Source: Lophium mytilinum (lineage: Eukaryota). From it: a stretch of DNA of 64,000 bases. This document shows positions 1 through 12,081 of the stretch, piece by piece. The notes beneath the pieces were generated by a model. The model did not search any database and was not told the origin of the DNA. It saw only the letters and a program-made list of their open reading frames with translations. Every line of letters begins with the position of its first letter. Position 1 is the stretch's first letter. The position numbers and the translations under genes were made by a program. The stretch is from NCBI GenBank assembly GCA_010093605.1, contig MU004182.1, positions 507,502-571,501 of the forward strand, given 5' to 3'.

Positions 1-198
1 AAAACTAAGTAGCTTCAGGATGATTTTCCAAAGAGGTCCTTGAATATCGTGCGGCCATGTCCTACAACAGCAGTAAGCCCCAGACCCAGACTCCTCGCAT
101 TATTCTCTGCTGGATTTCTTGCCTTTTATAGTCTGTTTCTAAGAGTCAATCTACCAACTCCCTCAGCCTTCTCAGGGATTTACCCGCCAACCTCCGTC

Positions 199-2890
199 AT
201 GAAGGTCAACGGGTCTCAACACTTCGTGAAGCTCCTTCTCCTCGTTTTTGGGATCCTCGCTTTGGTGTCTGGGAAGTCAACGGAACAGAAGGGCGGATGT
301 TGTAATGCCTTTTCCCCTTTGCGCTTAAATGCTGACTAGCCCAGTGAAGGAACACTACCGATTCAAGTCGTCCGGAAAGCCAATAAAGGTCTTGCCCTCC
401 GCCGGCTCCAGATGTAGTACTGCCTTTCTCCCTCTGCGCTTGAGTACTGACTGGTGTAGCGAAAGAGTATTCAGCTCCATCCGAAAAGCTGACGATCGTC
501 TCGACGATCACCGTCTCAACGTCCGCCGTCTCAACGTCCACCTCGGCGACTCAAACAGGACTTCGAGCCACGGAAACCGCAAAAAGCAACTATATATGTG
601 ATTCTCTCGGTGACGAATGCAGTTTCGGTCGGTATTCCGCACTCATTTCCAGCGCACATGGGCATGAAGACCAGGAGCCGGATAAGACCTCGACTGCTTT
701 CAAAAAAGGCTACAAGTTAGGCCAAGCACATTACGTCAAAAACGCCACAGCCCAAAGCGCGAATAATGACGAGGAGTATATCGCCGGTTACCGCTATGGG
801 AAGTTCAACTTTACTGTAATCGCGACTCTGGATGACTTCCCCAGCCCAAAAAGTGGTTTACACAGTGCAGACTCCAAGTTTCTCAACCAGGAATCCGCAA
901 AATTCAGAGCAGCGTTCTGGGACGGTCTCGGGGATCGAGTCTTGAAGACACAGGAATTAATTAATGATGAGGAGTGTTATGCCTGGGAGCCACTCACCGA
1001 AGAGGTGTGGGAAGAGTGGAAGGTTACGGATTGGCTGAAAGAAGAAGAATCTGACTACAAGGGCGACAACTTCACATTACATCTGAAACAAAAGTATGCT
1101 CCGACATTGGACAATTCTACTTTCGATTGTACTCGTGAAGCCGGGTATACATGCGCGGTAAATCATGTTCTGTCTTGAAAGTTTGGTCTATCACTGACAC
1201 ATGGTAGCCTTTTAACTGTTCGTACTTCGAAACAGTTCCCCAGAATAGCAGTGCAAATGATCAAAGAAAGGCCTGGTATGCATTCGTCAAGATCGCTAAT
1301 ATGGCAAACGAGCACCAAGACCTATGGGAAGCGAACAAGAACGAATCTTTACTCGATGGAATTATTGAATCCACTTACGAAGACGTCCACCGGTTCACTC
1401 AAGGGGAGAACGGTCAAATCGATGCAATAAAAAGAAACCATGCCGAGAAATCGATATTCTTGAACACGTTTATGGGTCTCATAGCGTTTGACTTTTATTT
1501 TGGGCTTCCCGACGATCAAGTAAACAAGACACTCGAAAGCAGGGCAGGAATCATTGACGCCGTCAAGGATATGCCGGCAAATTATCAGAGTCCCCCGTAA
1601 GCTTTTGGGCTGCCATTGCATGGCCGATGCTAATCAATCTTCATAGAGCTGATTTCGAAGGTTACTTCATGTGGACGAGTATAACGAACGCATCAGCGCA
1701 TATGCATGACTCTCTAATGCAATTGATGCTGAATCTGACCACCCAGGGCCACTCATTCCAACGCCACGCATCTGACAACCACATCACCCTGTCGGAAATG
1801 CTCACAGGGTAAGGCATATGAATTGATTCCTCGCGAGTCTTTGCTCTTGACGGTGTGGTACTCTTCACTGACTGTCAGCGCAGACGCTATGCCACCCGCA
1901 GAGTAAATATGTACCAACACATCCAAGAGGTCATGCGGCACGAATATATGGCTCTTCAAATCAACTTATTTTGGAAGTCCAATAGGGCCTACATTGCAGT
2001 CGCAGATGCTTTAACTGGGGGCTGCCGCAACGACACCAGAGGGAACCCAGATATAAGAGTGTGTCTGCCTGAGTATCCAGACAAGTCATTTTGGTCTTAT
2101 TAGTATGTTCTCGAGTTTGGATTCTTTTCTGTTGACTGACTGGCTGGTAGTATTCCCAGGATGCATGACATTCGGCTTGAGACTCAAATGCTAGGCCCCC
2201 CTCCACATTTCATGCAGCTCAAGAACAAAACGGACTTTTACGGAGGAATAACTGTGGAGGTAAGTAACAGCTCCTTTCGATATGCCAGCTTCCAGTGACC
2301 CCACCGAGGGGCTTTTCTCCAGCCCTCTAACCTTTGATGTCATCCAGGATATTACTCGAGGATCCTGGCAATACTGGCTCTCGCACAAGAATACTGCGTA
2401 CGATCGAAACGACAGCTGGATTGGCGAGTTTGAGATAAGCATGTCAAATTACACGACAAATCACACGAATGGCCGACACGAAGTGAATCCATATACCGCG
2501 TGGAAAAGAAAGGCCTTATTCAATATCCCAGTTGCGTACGCCCCGCGAGGCGACACCATTTCCAGCATAAATACTGAGAAGGGAATGCATTATCCCTGCC
2601 GAACTGGTGTAGAAGATTGGACTTCGGAGTCAGTAGAAGGAGAGGACTCGCTCAACTTCTTGCAAGCCACTATGCTGTGGAAGTCAAGGACTTGGTATCA
2701 TTGGTGTGACGACGACGGCAAGAGCAAGGCGCATTGCAAACAACACTGGGATGATAAGGAGTCCTTCGTTGACAATGATGGCAAAGTTGCTGAGGGGCAT
2801 AACCGGTTTTACAAGTGCTTGAAGCCAGCTAGCGCGGAAGATCGGGGTTGGTTTATGGGGAATTTGACTCATGACGATATCTATAAGTAG
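199..2890 (+). CDS. Multi-exon secreted hypothetical protein (signal peptide, Ser/Thr patch, Cys-containing C-terminal domain)
   Basis: ATG at 199 begins MKVNGSQHFVKLLLLVFGILALVSG, a signal-peptide-like stretch. An open frame runs ~460-1157, and ORFs 1301-1600, 1627-1812, 1855-2103 and 2282-2890 join through GT..CTRAY..AG introns (donors e.g. ~1158, ~1597, ~1809, ~2103, ~2260). Many N-x-S/T sites. No family recognised. Confidence 0.65.
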
Positions 2891-3887
2891 TCGCTCCCTG
2901 TCAAGTGGGAGGAGGAAAAGGAGGATCGCTTCTTCGATGATGGGAAAGTGCTAAAATAGTAGACTGCGGGGAGATGATGGATTAGATTGATATACTGGGT
3001 TAGGTGATATTGCGAAAGAACTACAAGGTTAGATTGCCTTATAACTAGTCCTAATAGGTGCCTTGCTCGAGCTCTCTGCCTTCTCCAAACAATAGCTTCG
3101 TGAACAACCCTTCCCCAACCATCATAAACTCATCCGCTAAAATCCCTACCATAGGTCTGAACAGCTTGTTTGCAATGAGACATGTTTTCCTCGGCCTCGC
3201 ATTGATTGCTTTATCCGCATTGAAATCTCGTCCTGGTCGATTTGGGTTCTCGAAAATTTTCGACCTGATCTAGTAGTCCAAGCTAAAGTCAGATCTGTCG
3301 TTAGCACTGCTATTGATGTTGGCGGAATTTGACATCGCGTTATAGTGTGGTAGCTAGTGATGGATACATGAGTCTTTTGAAGCTGTGCCTGTTAGTGGTG
3401 AGATGAATATTTCGTATTGAGCGACGTGTCGATGTTATAAAAATAGCCCATGCCTTGTTCGGGCCGCAACCCTCGACTTTATTAGCTCCTTCGTACATTG
3501 ACACTAGACCAAGTACCTATAAATTGCCTCTGACATGGCGCGCCTTCGATATATAGCATCACCACACCCATACCAGGCCGGGCGCTGTAAAAATACTACG
3601 ACCTCGTGGGTCCTAGCGTCAAATACCATTTCGGTGATCCTCATCTCCAAATCTGCCATCTGGACCTTTGCGAGCCATCGGGACATCTTCCTGAGAACTG
3701 GTTCCGTAAGTCTAATATTGGAAGACTCCACTGAAATCCTGGAAAAACGCGGTAAGCAATATCTGTCAACAAGAGCACTTACGTGCTATAAAAGCCAGTT
3801 ATCCCTAGTGATTTCACAGAGCTCTTCCACTACTTGATTCACCTTTCTTTATCACCTCTTGAGTCTCAAACCATATCTGTCATCAAC

Positions 3888-4743
3888 ATGGCTCGTGGCC
3901 TCCAGCAGCTCTTCTTCTTCCTTTGGCTCTTCACGTGGGTATCTGCAATAGAAGTAGATGGAAACAAGCCTTGTTAGACTCCCCTTACTTCTTGATCCCA
4001 ACTAGAACATCAGCTCACCACTTCAAGTCGACGACCCCGAAGGTTGGGAGCTAGCCCAATGGTGTCTTGAAAACAACCAACGTGACAGCAATCCGGAGTG
4101 TGCAGGCGCCTACAAGATGATGGAAGAGATGGCGTTTGCAGTGGTCCACCGCACGATGGTCCACCGCTGGAGCTCGATGGTCCACCGCTCGAATGCTGCG
4201 CTGTTGCAGGAGTCCCCGTTGCACGAGCTAAAGACCTCGGATTCCACGCCCTTGGACAACAGTCAGGAGCCGACCGGCCTACACTGGCTGGACAAGCTCG
4301 ATGAACAGGACTGCGCTCCAGAGCTCGGCGACTCTTTTTACACAGACGAGAAACTCATGGAGATTCTGGGACAGTGTGTAGTCTCTCTTCATTTGTCCGT
4401 ACGCTCAACGCCCGCTAAGCATGAAAATAGAACCAAAAGCTCCGGCATTGACGATGCAATGAAAGGCGAGGCGGATGCTGGGCTTCGAATATTACGGGGC
4501 TTTGGTGCCCTGTGGAGCAAGGACGAGGCGCCGAACGTCACGGATGAGGCTATCGAAGGCATCGCTCAGGCATTGAAGGACCTCCGTCGCCACTCGGACT
4601 ATATTTCCAAGTCGCTCAGGAAGTTCAGATGTGTGATTCAGTCTACGTACGCGAGCCTGAACGCGAGGCTCGCGTACATTGTAGAAGAACAGACACGGCA
4701 CTTAGAGGCAATCAAGAAGGAAGAGTTGTTTGAAGAGTTGTGA
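3888..4743 (+). CDS. Small secreted hypothetical protein
   Basis: ATG at 3888 gives MARGLQQLFFFLWLFTWVSA (signal-peptide-like). A phase-1 intron at ~3973-4027 joins it to the frame of ORF 4117-4743. A further in-frame intron is possible at ~4374-4430. Confidence 0.55.
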
Positions 4744-4923
4744 CTGCTTCCTATTGCATGACTAGGAGTCGAGGGGATCCTATACATAATGGAAGCTTCG
4801 CACTACCACATGCCAAGGCTAATTTAGAAGGGGTTAGAATGCGTCTAGACTAAACAAATGGAAGTTTTCATTCATTTTTCATATTAGTATGCCCTCCAAG
4901 ACTCGAGACGCTCTTTTACTCTT

Positions 4924-7003
4924 TCAAACAGTGACAACAATAGTGCACCGTCCTTGAAACCAGAACGTCTTACTCACCTCCCTCTTCGCACGCTCCCACT
5001 CTTCTTCGTTGCACACAAGAGATAGGCCAGTAGAGAGGAGGACCTCCACCCTTACATTTGGCGTTTCAGGCGCGTCATGCTTGCTGTTTGAGGGCGGCAC
5101 GTTTTGATAGCGTTCTTCGGGTCCACCATCTCGAGGGGGTGTTACCGGAGGTGGACGAAAATTATTGAGGCCTTGGTCGACCCGCGCACCACCCATCTCG
5201 GAGTCCGCGCCCGCGTCTACATCCACATCCAGACCAGCAGCGGCTCTGGCTAAGCCTCTAAGAAGGGCGGGATCCGGGTCAGGTGTCGCCGGGTTGATCC
5301 TATGGCTAGCATCTTCGGTCCGCCCGTCTTTGACACTGTTGTGGGCACTCTGGCTGGGCCGTTCGGTAAGGTGAATTCCCTTAGTGATGCTTAACTCGTT
5401 GAGAGCTTGCTCGATCACGTGGTGTAGATCCGCATACCGCAATCCCCAGATGTCGGTAGTCGGGGAAGCTAAGTCCAGACCTAATCTTAGCGGTTTAGAG
5501 TCCGAGGACGAGAAATGAATGCTGATCATGCGAAGACCTTCTGAGGTGTCTGAAAAAGTCGTGTCTACTAATGGCGGAACGAGCTGCATGAGCTGCGGAT
5601 GTGGATGGTGTAAGCTCATATTGTCATGAGAGGAAGGTGATGCGAGAGATGGGTCGAGTTGTGTTGGGTGCTGTGCCTGCAATTAGATCGCGTATGACTT
5701 TCTGTGGAGGTTCAAAGACGACGTAGAACAATATCAAACGAAAAATTGAAAGGAGGCACTTGGGTATACATACGTGCTCATAGCTCACACCTTCAAACCC
5801 TTCCGTCTCAGCGCTCTGTACGTCTCCATCTACACTACTGACTCCTTCTTTCTTCTTCCCGCCCTTCCTTGTCTCAATGGCGTAGACCCTTTGCCTCTCA
5901 TTAGTGACCATCCTTCTTAGCAATGGCGTGACAAGGCCGACAATCGTATTGCCATCTCTAGGCCATATCCACTTCGTTTCCGCTCCCGCATTCTCCCCGA
6001 GCTCCCCATCAACATTCTCACCTTCGCCTATAGCCTTCACCACCCCTCTTCCAACATCCCTCCCTTCGGCACCAACTCCAAAGAACTGTTCACCAGCCCC
6101 TTGGACTAGGAAGTCATTGACACAGCGGAATAACCGTAGTTTTACCATATCTGTGTCGCCTTTGCCTCGGTTCCCAACGCACGCCTGGCGTGCCGGATGC
6201 GCAGGGTCCAGCATATACGACTTCGCCTGTGCTTGAAGTTGCAAAAAGCTCTCTGGCCCAAGTTGTAGAGAGTCAAACAGCTTAGACATAGGGGGGCGGG
6301 TGTATTTCTTAGGTGGATTTGTAGGTGGGCGGCGGAAGAGGGCGGTCCGTGGGTGAAGCATGGTAGCATCTGCTTCATTCGAAGTCGCGCGGGTTTCAAA
6401 GAGGACGGACGGTTGAGGACCATCTTCATGTTCAGGGTCGCGTGTGGGAGTCTGAGACGGAAATGGTGGAAAGTTGGCGTTGGCATTAGCTTTTGTACTC
6501 GCTGTGACGGATGACGAATCTCTCGCTTTCATGGCATCCAATTGCTCGACAGGCTGCCGCAGCTGCTGGCCCATGGTCTCCAAAGCTGGATCCCGGACCA
6601 GACTCACACTGGCTGGGCCTTTCCTCGCGCGCTTCGACGTTGCTCTCACTAACATCCTTTCGTGCCCTGTCGACCCAACTCTCCGCTCAACCTCTCCTTC
6701 TCTTGGCGGAGTAGAACTCTCAGCTCTCTTCCTCTTCCCTTTCCCTTGTGGGACTTGTGTCCGAAGATTCTCGATTCCCTCTTTCCGCCTTAACTCTGGC
6801 AACGGTGCTCCGTTTCGTAGCCCAGCTGCCTCGTTAGCAGCCTCCAACAACTCAGCTAGCTGGTTGTTCTCTTGATCAAAATTGCCTTGTGTATCTTCAT
6901 GACTCTCCGGGGCATTTTCGACGGTGTACTCTTCGCTGTACACGAAAGGGTGTGAATGTTGCTGTGAAGCGTGCAACTGGTAGTAGGGGGCGTTGGCAGC
7001 CAT
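4924..7003 (-). CDS. Conserved-looking fungal hypothetical protein (probably nuclear)
   Basis: ORFs 5624-7009 and 4924-5682 join through an intron (GTATGT ~5773 ... CTAATTGCAG ~5677). It has a globular block PPMSKLFDSLQL...QAKSYMLD...DTDMVKLRLF...LVTPLLRRMVTNERQR and a basic KGKRKR NLS-like motif. Confidence 0.7.
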
Positions 7004-8308
7004 GTTCAAGTCCGGTACGTTTGAAGCTAGGGATCGTAGTATGCGAATAGGTAATTCTCAGGGAGTGAATTGCACTCTGAGCACCTCTCAACGTCCCGCC
7101 CGATTGTGTGTACGTGTAGGTCCCGAGTGAATGCCGCAGCTCCCAGGCCACCGCACCCTCCAACCACAGTGTCTTCACCTCTCCAGCTCTTTTGTCATCC
7201 ACGGTAAAATTCGCGCCCTCGTGAAGGTAATCGCATGAGTATCAATCCGCAAGCAGAGCGGGCACAGCTCTTTAAATCTACACGCATTCCAATCAGCAGC
7301 GGCAGGCGTCAGGCGCCGACGCGGGCAGCGAACAGACATGGCGCACCTGAGCAGCAGTCGCGGGGATGATTGATTGCTTGCTCAATTGCTGTTACTGGCG
7401 CAGCAATCGAGCTGTCCTGTCGAACGATGATGAGTGGGCTGGGGTCGCGTTTGCAAACAGAGCAAACGTTGGTGTTTGGGGTGCATAACGGAGGTATGCG
7501 GGTTATGTAAGATGTGGACTAGGGTCCATTATTCTATTCTGGGGTCGCCTGGCAAACTTATCTCATTTTTGGTTGAGTAGAATACATGTGTTTTGCTTCC
7601 GCAGTACTGTCGTATGAGTCTATGATTTATATGGTAGATGAGGTTCATCTTGATAGACTTCTCGGGTTTCGCTTTATGAAGAACGGAATCCTGGCCCTTC
7701 GCTTCTCAATAGCTTCGAATCCTTCTGGAGTATTGAAATCTTTCAATTTCATCTAGCTTGACGACTCCGATCCTCCTCTTTGTTTATGAGTCCTATTTCC
7801 AGTCTGTTTGACAAAAAAGCAAGTCCTTAGACAAATGGCCAAGATCCCCTGGACTTCAGAGCATGGCAAATTAAGACGAGGACTTCAACTATCTTATATA
7901 CGAACTTTCTCGCTATCGCTTCCACTATTGAAACGCCCGATATGATATCAATCCGTCGTTCTTCAAAAGGTACCATCAGATACATGGGAAGCAGTGGCCT
8001 AGACACAGCACTCAACACCTTCTGAATCATATTCAAAACAAAATTCGCTTGCTTCATTTTCCGCCTAACTCGCCAATGCCTACTAAAGATACATTTCGCA
8101 CACACGAACGCCTCAAAGAACCCAACTAATGCAAAAGTGACCTCTCAATAAGGCCCCTAACCCATACAACGGAGAGCCAAAGCCTCAATACCCAATGCAG
8201 GCGCGCCCCAACCATTAGACTCCATATAAACATCTCCACGCGCCACCCATCAAATCGCACGCTCACTGGCTGATGTTTCGAGAAACCCAAAAACACAGGC
8301 GTTCAACC

Positions 8309-9589
8309 TCAGTACCCATCCCCCTCCTTCCACTCCCTCCCAATCTCCCTCGCCCGCGCCTCAGGATCATTCATCCCCCTTTCAAACGCCTCCTTCCTGA
8401 CCCTATCCACCACCGGCCTCAGCTCCTCAATCGCCTTCTTCAGCTTCGCATCCTTCCCCGGCTCCGGCCTCTCCAACTGCTCCGCCTCCTTCGTCCTCCC
8501 CTCGGCCTCCGCCTCCTCAATATTCCTCCCCTTCTCCTCCCAATCCCTCAACTCCCCCTCAATATTCCGCATCTGCTGCCGCGTATCAATCCACTCATTA
8601 TACTTCTCCTCCCCGCCAAAACACACCCCATACCCATCACAAAAGCACATATGCGGCTTCGGGCAGAAGATATTACTCCCCGTAAACACAAACTGCCACA
8701 CGTACTCCCAAATCCGGCCGGAGATGAAGTCGCCCAGCGGCGTGCGCAGCAGCCAATCGCGGTACCAGACATAGCTCGCCTGAGGCCGCGCGCGAATGCG
8801 CTCGCTAGACAGCGCGAACTGCGCGCAGCAGGGTTGCGCGAGCACGGATGGCACCTCGTCGAGCGGGAACAGCTCGGACCAAGATTTCGCAAGCTGCGAC
8901 TGCTCTTGCCGGAACGCGTCTTCTTCGACTTCGCCCGGGTGCATCCAGTCCGGGCAGCCCGGGTCCCAGCCGCAGCGCATGTTGTGGTAGCCGTCGCGCC
9001 AGACGCGGGCGCGGTTGAGGCGGGACAGCATCACCACGGCGTCGCTGTCGAGGATGTCGTCGTTGTGCCAGGTGTAGCGGTGCGAGTGCATGAAGATGGA
9101 GACGTCCGGGAGCTCGTCGTAGTGGTCGATGATGTAGGTGAGGTAGATCATGACTTCGTGGCCTTTGTTTTTGGGAGGGTGCAGCGGGGCGAAGGGGTCG
9201 TCGGCGACGTAGACGGCCGTGTGGAGATCCGGGAGGTTCTCTTTTATCCAGTTGATGTCCTCGTCGATTGTTTTGGCGACCACGAAGGTTGTCGTGTAGT
9301 TGTGGTTCCCGGGTCTTGGGCTCCCGCCTTTGAATTCCGGCTTCGGGTTCCAGTTTACGTAGTCCTTGTCCTCTGGGTTCACGGGCGTGTGTTTGGCGGT
9401 CCCGTTGCTTTTCGGAGGCAGTTCATTATTTATGGGTACCCGCGTCTCGTCCCCTGTGACTTCTCCTAGGCCGATCTTTTGTGGTAACCCGCGTAGTGTC
9501 TCGCGCACCGTAAGGCTTTGGTAGAGGAGGAAAAGCACTGCTACTGATACGAGGGCTAATATTGGTATGAAACGTCGATGTACCGCCAT
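8309..9589 (-). CDS. DUF3431 domain membrane-anchored protein (putative glycosyltransferase-like)
   Basis: Single 426-aa ORF with an N-terminal TM anchor and DUF3431-type motifs NKGHEVMIYLTYIIDHYDELPD, FMHSHRYTWHNDD, PCCAQFALS and GRIWEYVWQFVF. Confidence 0.9.
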   Translation of the reverse strand: MAVHRRFIPILALVSVAVLFLLYQSLTVRETLRGLPQKIGLGEVTGDETRVPINNELPPKSNGTAKHTPVNPEDKDYVNWNPKPEFKGGSPRPGNHNYTTTFVVAKTIDEDINWIKENLPDLHTAVYVADDPFAPLHPPKNKGHEVMIYLTYIIDHYDELPDVSIFMHSHRYTWHNDDILDSDAVVMLSRLNRARVWRDGYHNMRCGWDPGCPDWMHPGEVEEDAFRQEQSQLAKSWSELFPLDEVPSVLAQPCCAQFALSSERIRARPQASYVWYRDWLLRTPLGDFISGRIWEYVWQFVFTGSNIFCPKPHMCFCDGYGVCFGGEEKYNEWIDTRQQMRNIEGELRDWEEKGRNIEEAEAEGRTKEAEQLERPEPGKDAKLKKAIEELRPVVDRVRKEAFERGMNDPEARAREIGREWKEGDGY

Positions 9590-12081
9590 GATTGAAGGAT
9601 GTTTGTAGTGAATGCGACGTTGTCGGAGGATTCAAAGGTGTTGGAGGCAGGGAGTGGGCGGAGTAAAGCCGTCTACGTTCACCAGAACGAGGCGAGTAGA
9701 GGCGCGGCGCGCATGTGGATTGATGGGTACGAAAAGATAGATCTTCCTGTCGCCATCGCATATGTAAGTAACAGTGTCCTGAGTATGGTTCGCCCCGTTG
9801 TAGAGGGACCGCAATGCGGTAGGCGTGGAGAACTACTTACAACAAGAATCCAACATTCAGCACAACGAAAGGCTCGCTCAGGTAAAACTCGTAACGCGTG
9901 CAAGTAAGCGACCGCGAAGAAAGAGGGTATCTTAGAACAAGAACGCGAAAGGAGGCTGTCACAAAACGAATTGCGCGACCACGACAAGAGTTGAAAGGGA
10001 CACTGTTCAGCCAGGTCGAGGGCCGCTAGCGCCGTAGCCCCTACTTTTTGCCCCCGAGGTAGCTCCTAGGCCTCCCTCAGCCCTAATATGTGCGGGCCAA
10101 TCCGGTGCATAGAATAGCTTCAAGCCTTTCCTCCATGGCTTCTGACCGCTGCTGAATCTACAGGTTATCGAATGTTCAATAGCTGAACCACGGTACGTCA
10201 GACCCTTCAAGGACCCGTAGGGCAAGTATGCACATGTCACGGTAATTAAGCACTTTGGTACGCTAAACTAGACACCCGCCATGCTGTCACATTTCGATTT
10301 AGAAGGCTTCTTATTTGTAGCTATAGTCTATTTTTATCAGACCATTGCAAACGTTGCTTCCACATTGCTAGACGATGTATACATAATATATCTTTTTGCG
10401 CGAGGAGAAGTCTGGGAAGACTATCATAAAATACCTCCTAGATCCTTCGCAACTTACAAAGGGTGGTTCTTGGATACGCAGCCATGACATGTGAGACTGT
10501 CCGTCATGCTTCCATGCCCGTCGTGAAACAAGCATTTCTCCCTGCCGTATTTAGTAATCGGAGGAATGTTAGCTAGTCAATGACAATCATGCGAGCATAT
10601 CAAGCGTTCCACGCATAACTACGTGAGCCCATCGGGCTCTAGATCGTTTCGAACTTGCACCGCGTTTCGAGAATTCGTTCGAGGTCTCGGCCTGCGATAC
10701 CACCACCTGAGTTTGTCTTGCTGGACATACGTGTCGCATTCCACTACGGCGGCAATTCGTGGCAGCGATTGACGCATCTATCCGCATAATTCCTGCGGGT
10801 GTACGGGATCTAGGCATCAAATTCGGGAACTTGCCTAGAACGCGGGAGCGTGCGCGTGACTCCCGAGTTTCAGCTACGCGAAGCCGCGGGAGGAATCGAA
10901 CTGAGAGAAGTATGTTTTGACGCACCGAGATGACCTAGACAGGCGTCAACACCATGCTAGCAGCGGGGAAGGGAATTGTTGGTTATCTCCTGAATCAATC
11001 GCGTTTGAGCTCAGCAAATTCGGCGATCCTGCAAGGGAGGAAATAGAGTATGAGGTCGCTCATCTACGTCCAAGATAAGAAAAAGGGTTCTTAAAGTCCA
11101 TGGAATACCGAGGGCTATTCAAACCGTCATTAAGCGAATAAAGACTACAGAAGGCACGACACGGGTAAAATCAAGTAGACTCACCACAGGCGACAGTTTG
11201 AGGCGGTAAGTCGACGTGTGCCCGACGCAGCCTGGCGCGACATCGGGCACCAGGATTACGCACAGCAGAACTTTGCGCAAGGCGAACGAGCTTTCAAAGG
11301 CGAAATTGTGGTAGGTCGTCACGGGGATCAGGTTCGCGTGTCGACAGAGTCCTTACCATAGGATCATCTTTACTGGGGCGGTGCAGGCGAGTCTTCCTGA
11401 TTTGCTGTTTTGAGGGAAGCTGTAGTTTACGCCGGGCGACCTGAACTTGCCGCAAGTCATTATGTTGCGCATTGTGCAGAGTTGCTGTAATTGGTCTGGC
11501 TAGGTATCTTAAACCTGCTGATCTAGACTGAAGTCCGAAGAGCGCCAGGGGGTACATAGGCAGTGTGAAAGTGTTGAGGTGATGAGGGAGCTGATTCTTG
11601 TTTACAGTGAGGGCGCAGTTGACAAGTGCTGTCCATGGGGTCCTTCCAGGAAAGTATGCAGCCTCCCACTGCCGATGCTCGATCATCTGCTGATAGGCGT
11701 GAATGGCACCTAGGTTGCCGGCGGCCAAGCTCACTAGAGAGATGAAGGAACGGACGAAGGCGGGGGAAACGCTTAGTAGTACAATTTGGTGCCGATGCCG
11801 TGTCGAAAGCACCTCAACCCATTCTCGCCGTGCCGAAAACCCAGACCGATAGCTGTAACTTTTGTTGATGTGCCGAGAAGTTGTGCTGAAAAGAGCCGAA
11901 AAAACCGAGAGCCGCAACCAAGAGAGAAGGAAGTAGGTGATACATGAAAAGGGAAATCCTGCCGTCGAAGGCACGTTGTCGAAGACCGTCGCTGAATATC
12001 CGGGCTTCCAAGTCTGCAAACCTTAAGGACCTCCATAACTTCTCAGACTCTTTTGGAATCTGGGTAGATTAGCGGGGTGCT

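Noticed and set aside
4142..4191. TGGTCCACCGC x3 in the small secreted-protein gene
   Set aside because: In-frame micro-duplication (VHR repeats); not a separate element.
8273..9469. 398-aa plus-strand ORF
   Set aside because: Antisense shadow of the DUF3431 gene; its Pro/Leu/Arg-rich translation reflects the codon bias of the real gene.
11294..12019. 241-aa minus-strand ORF downstream of the Tra2-like gene
   Set aside because: Non-ATG start and no recognisable protein features; probably 3' UTR or intergenic. A short repeat (GCCGTGYCGAAA x2) is too weak to call an RNA.
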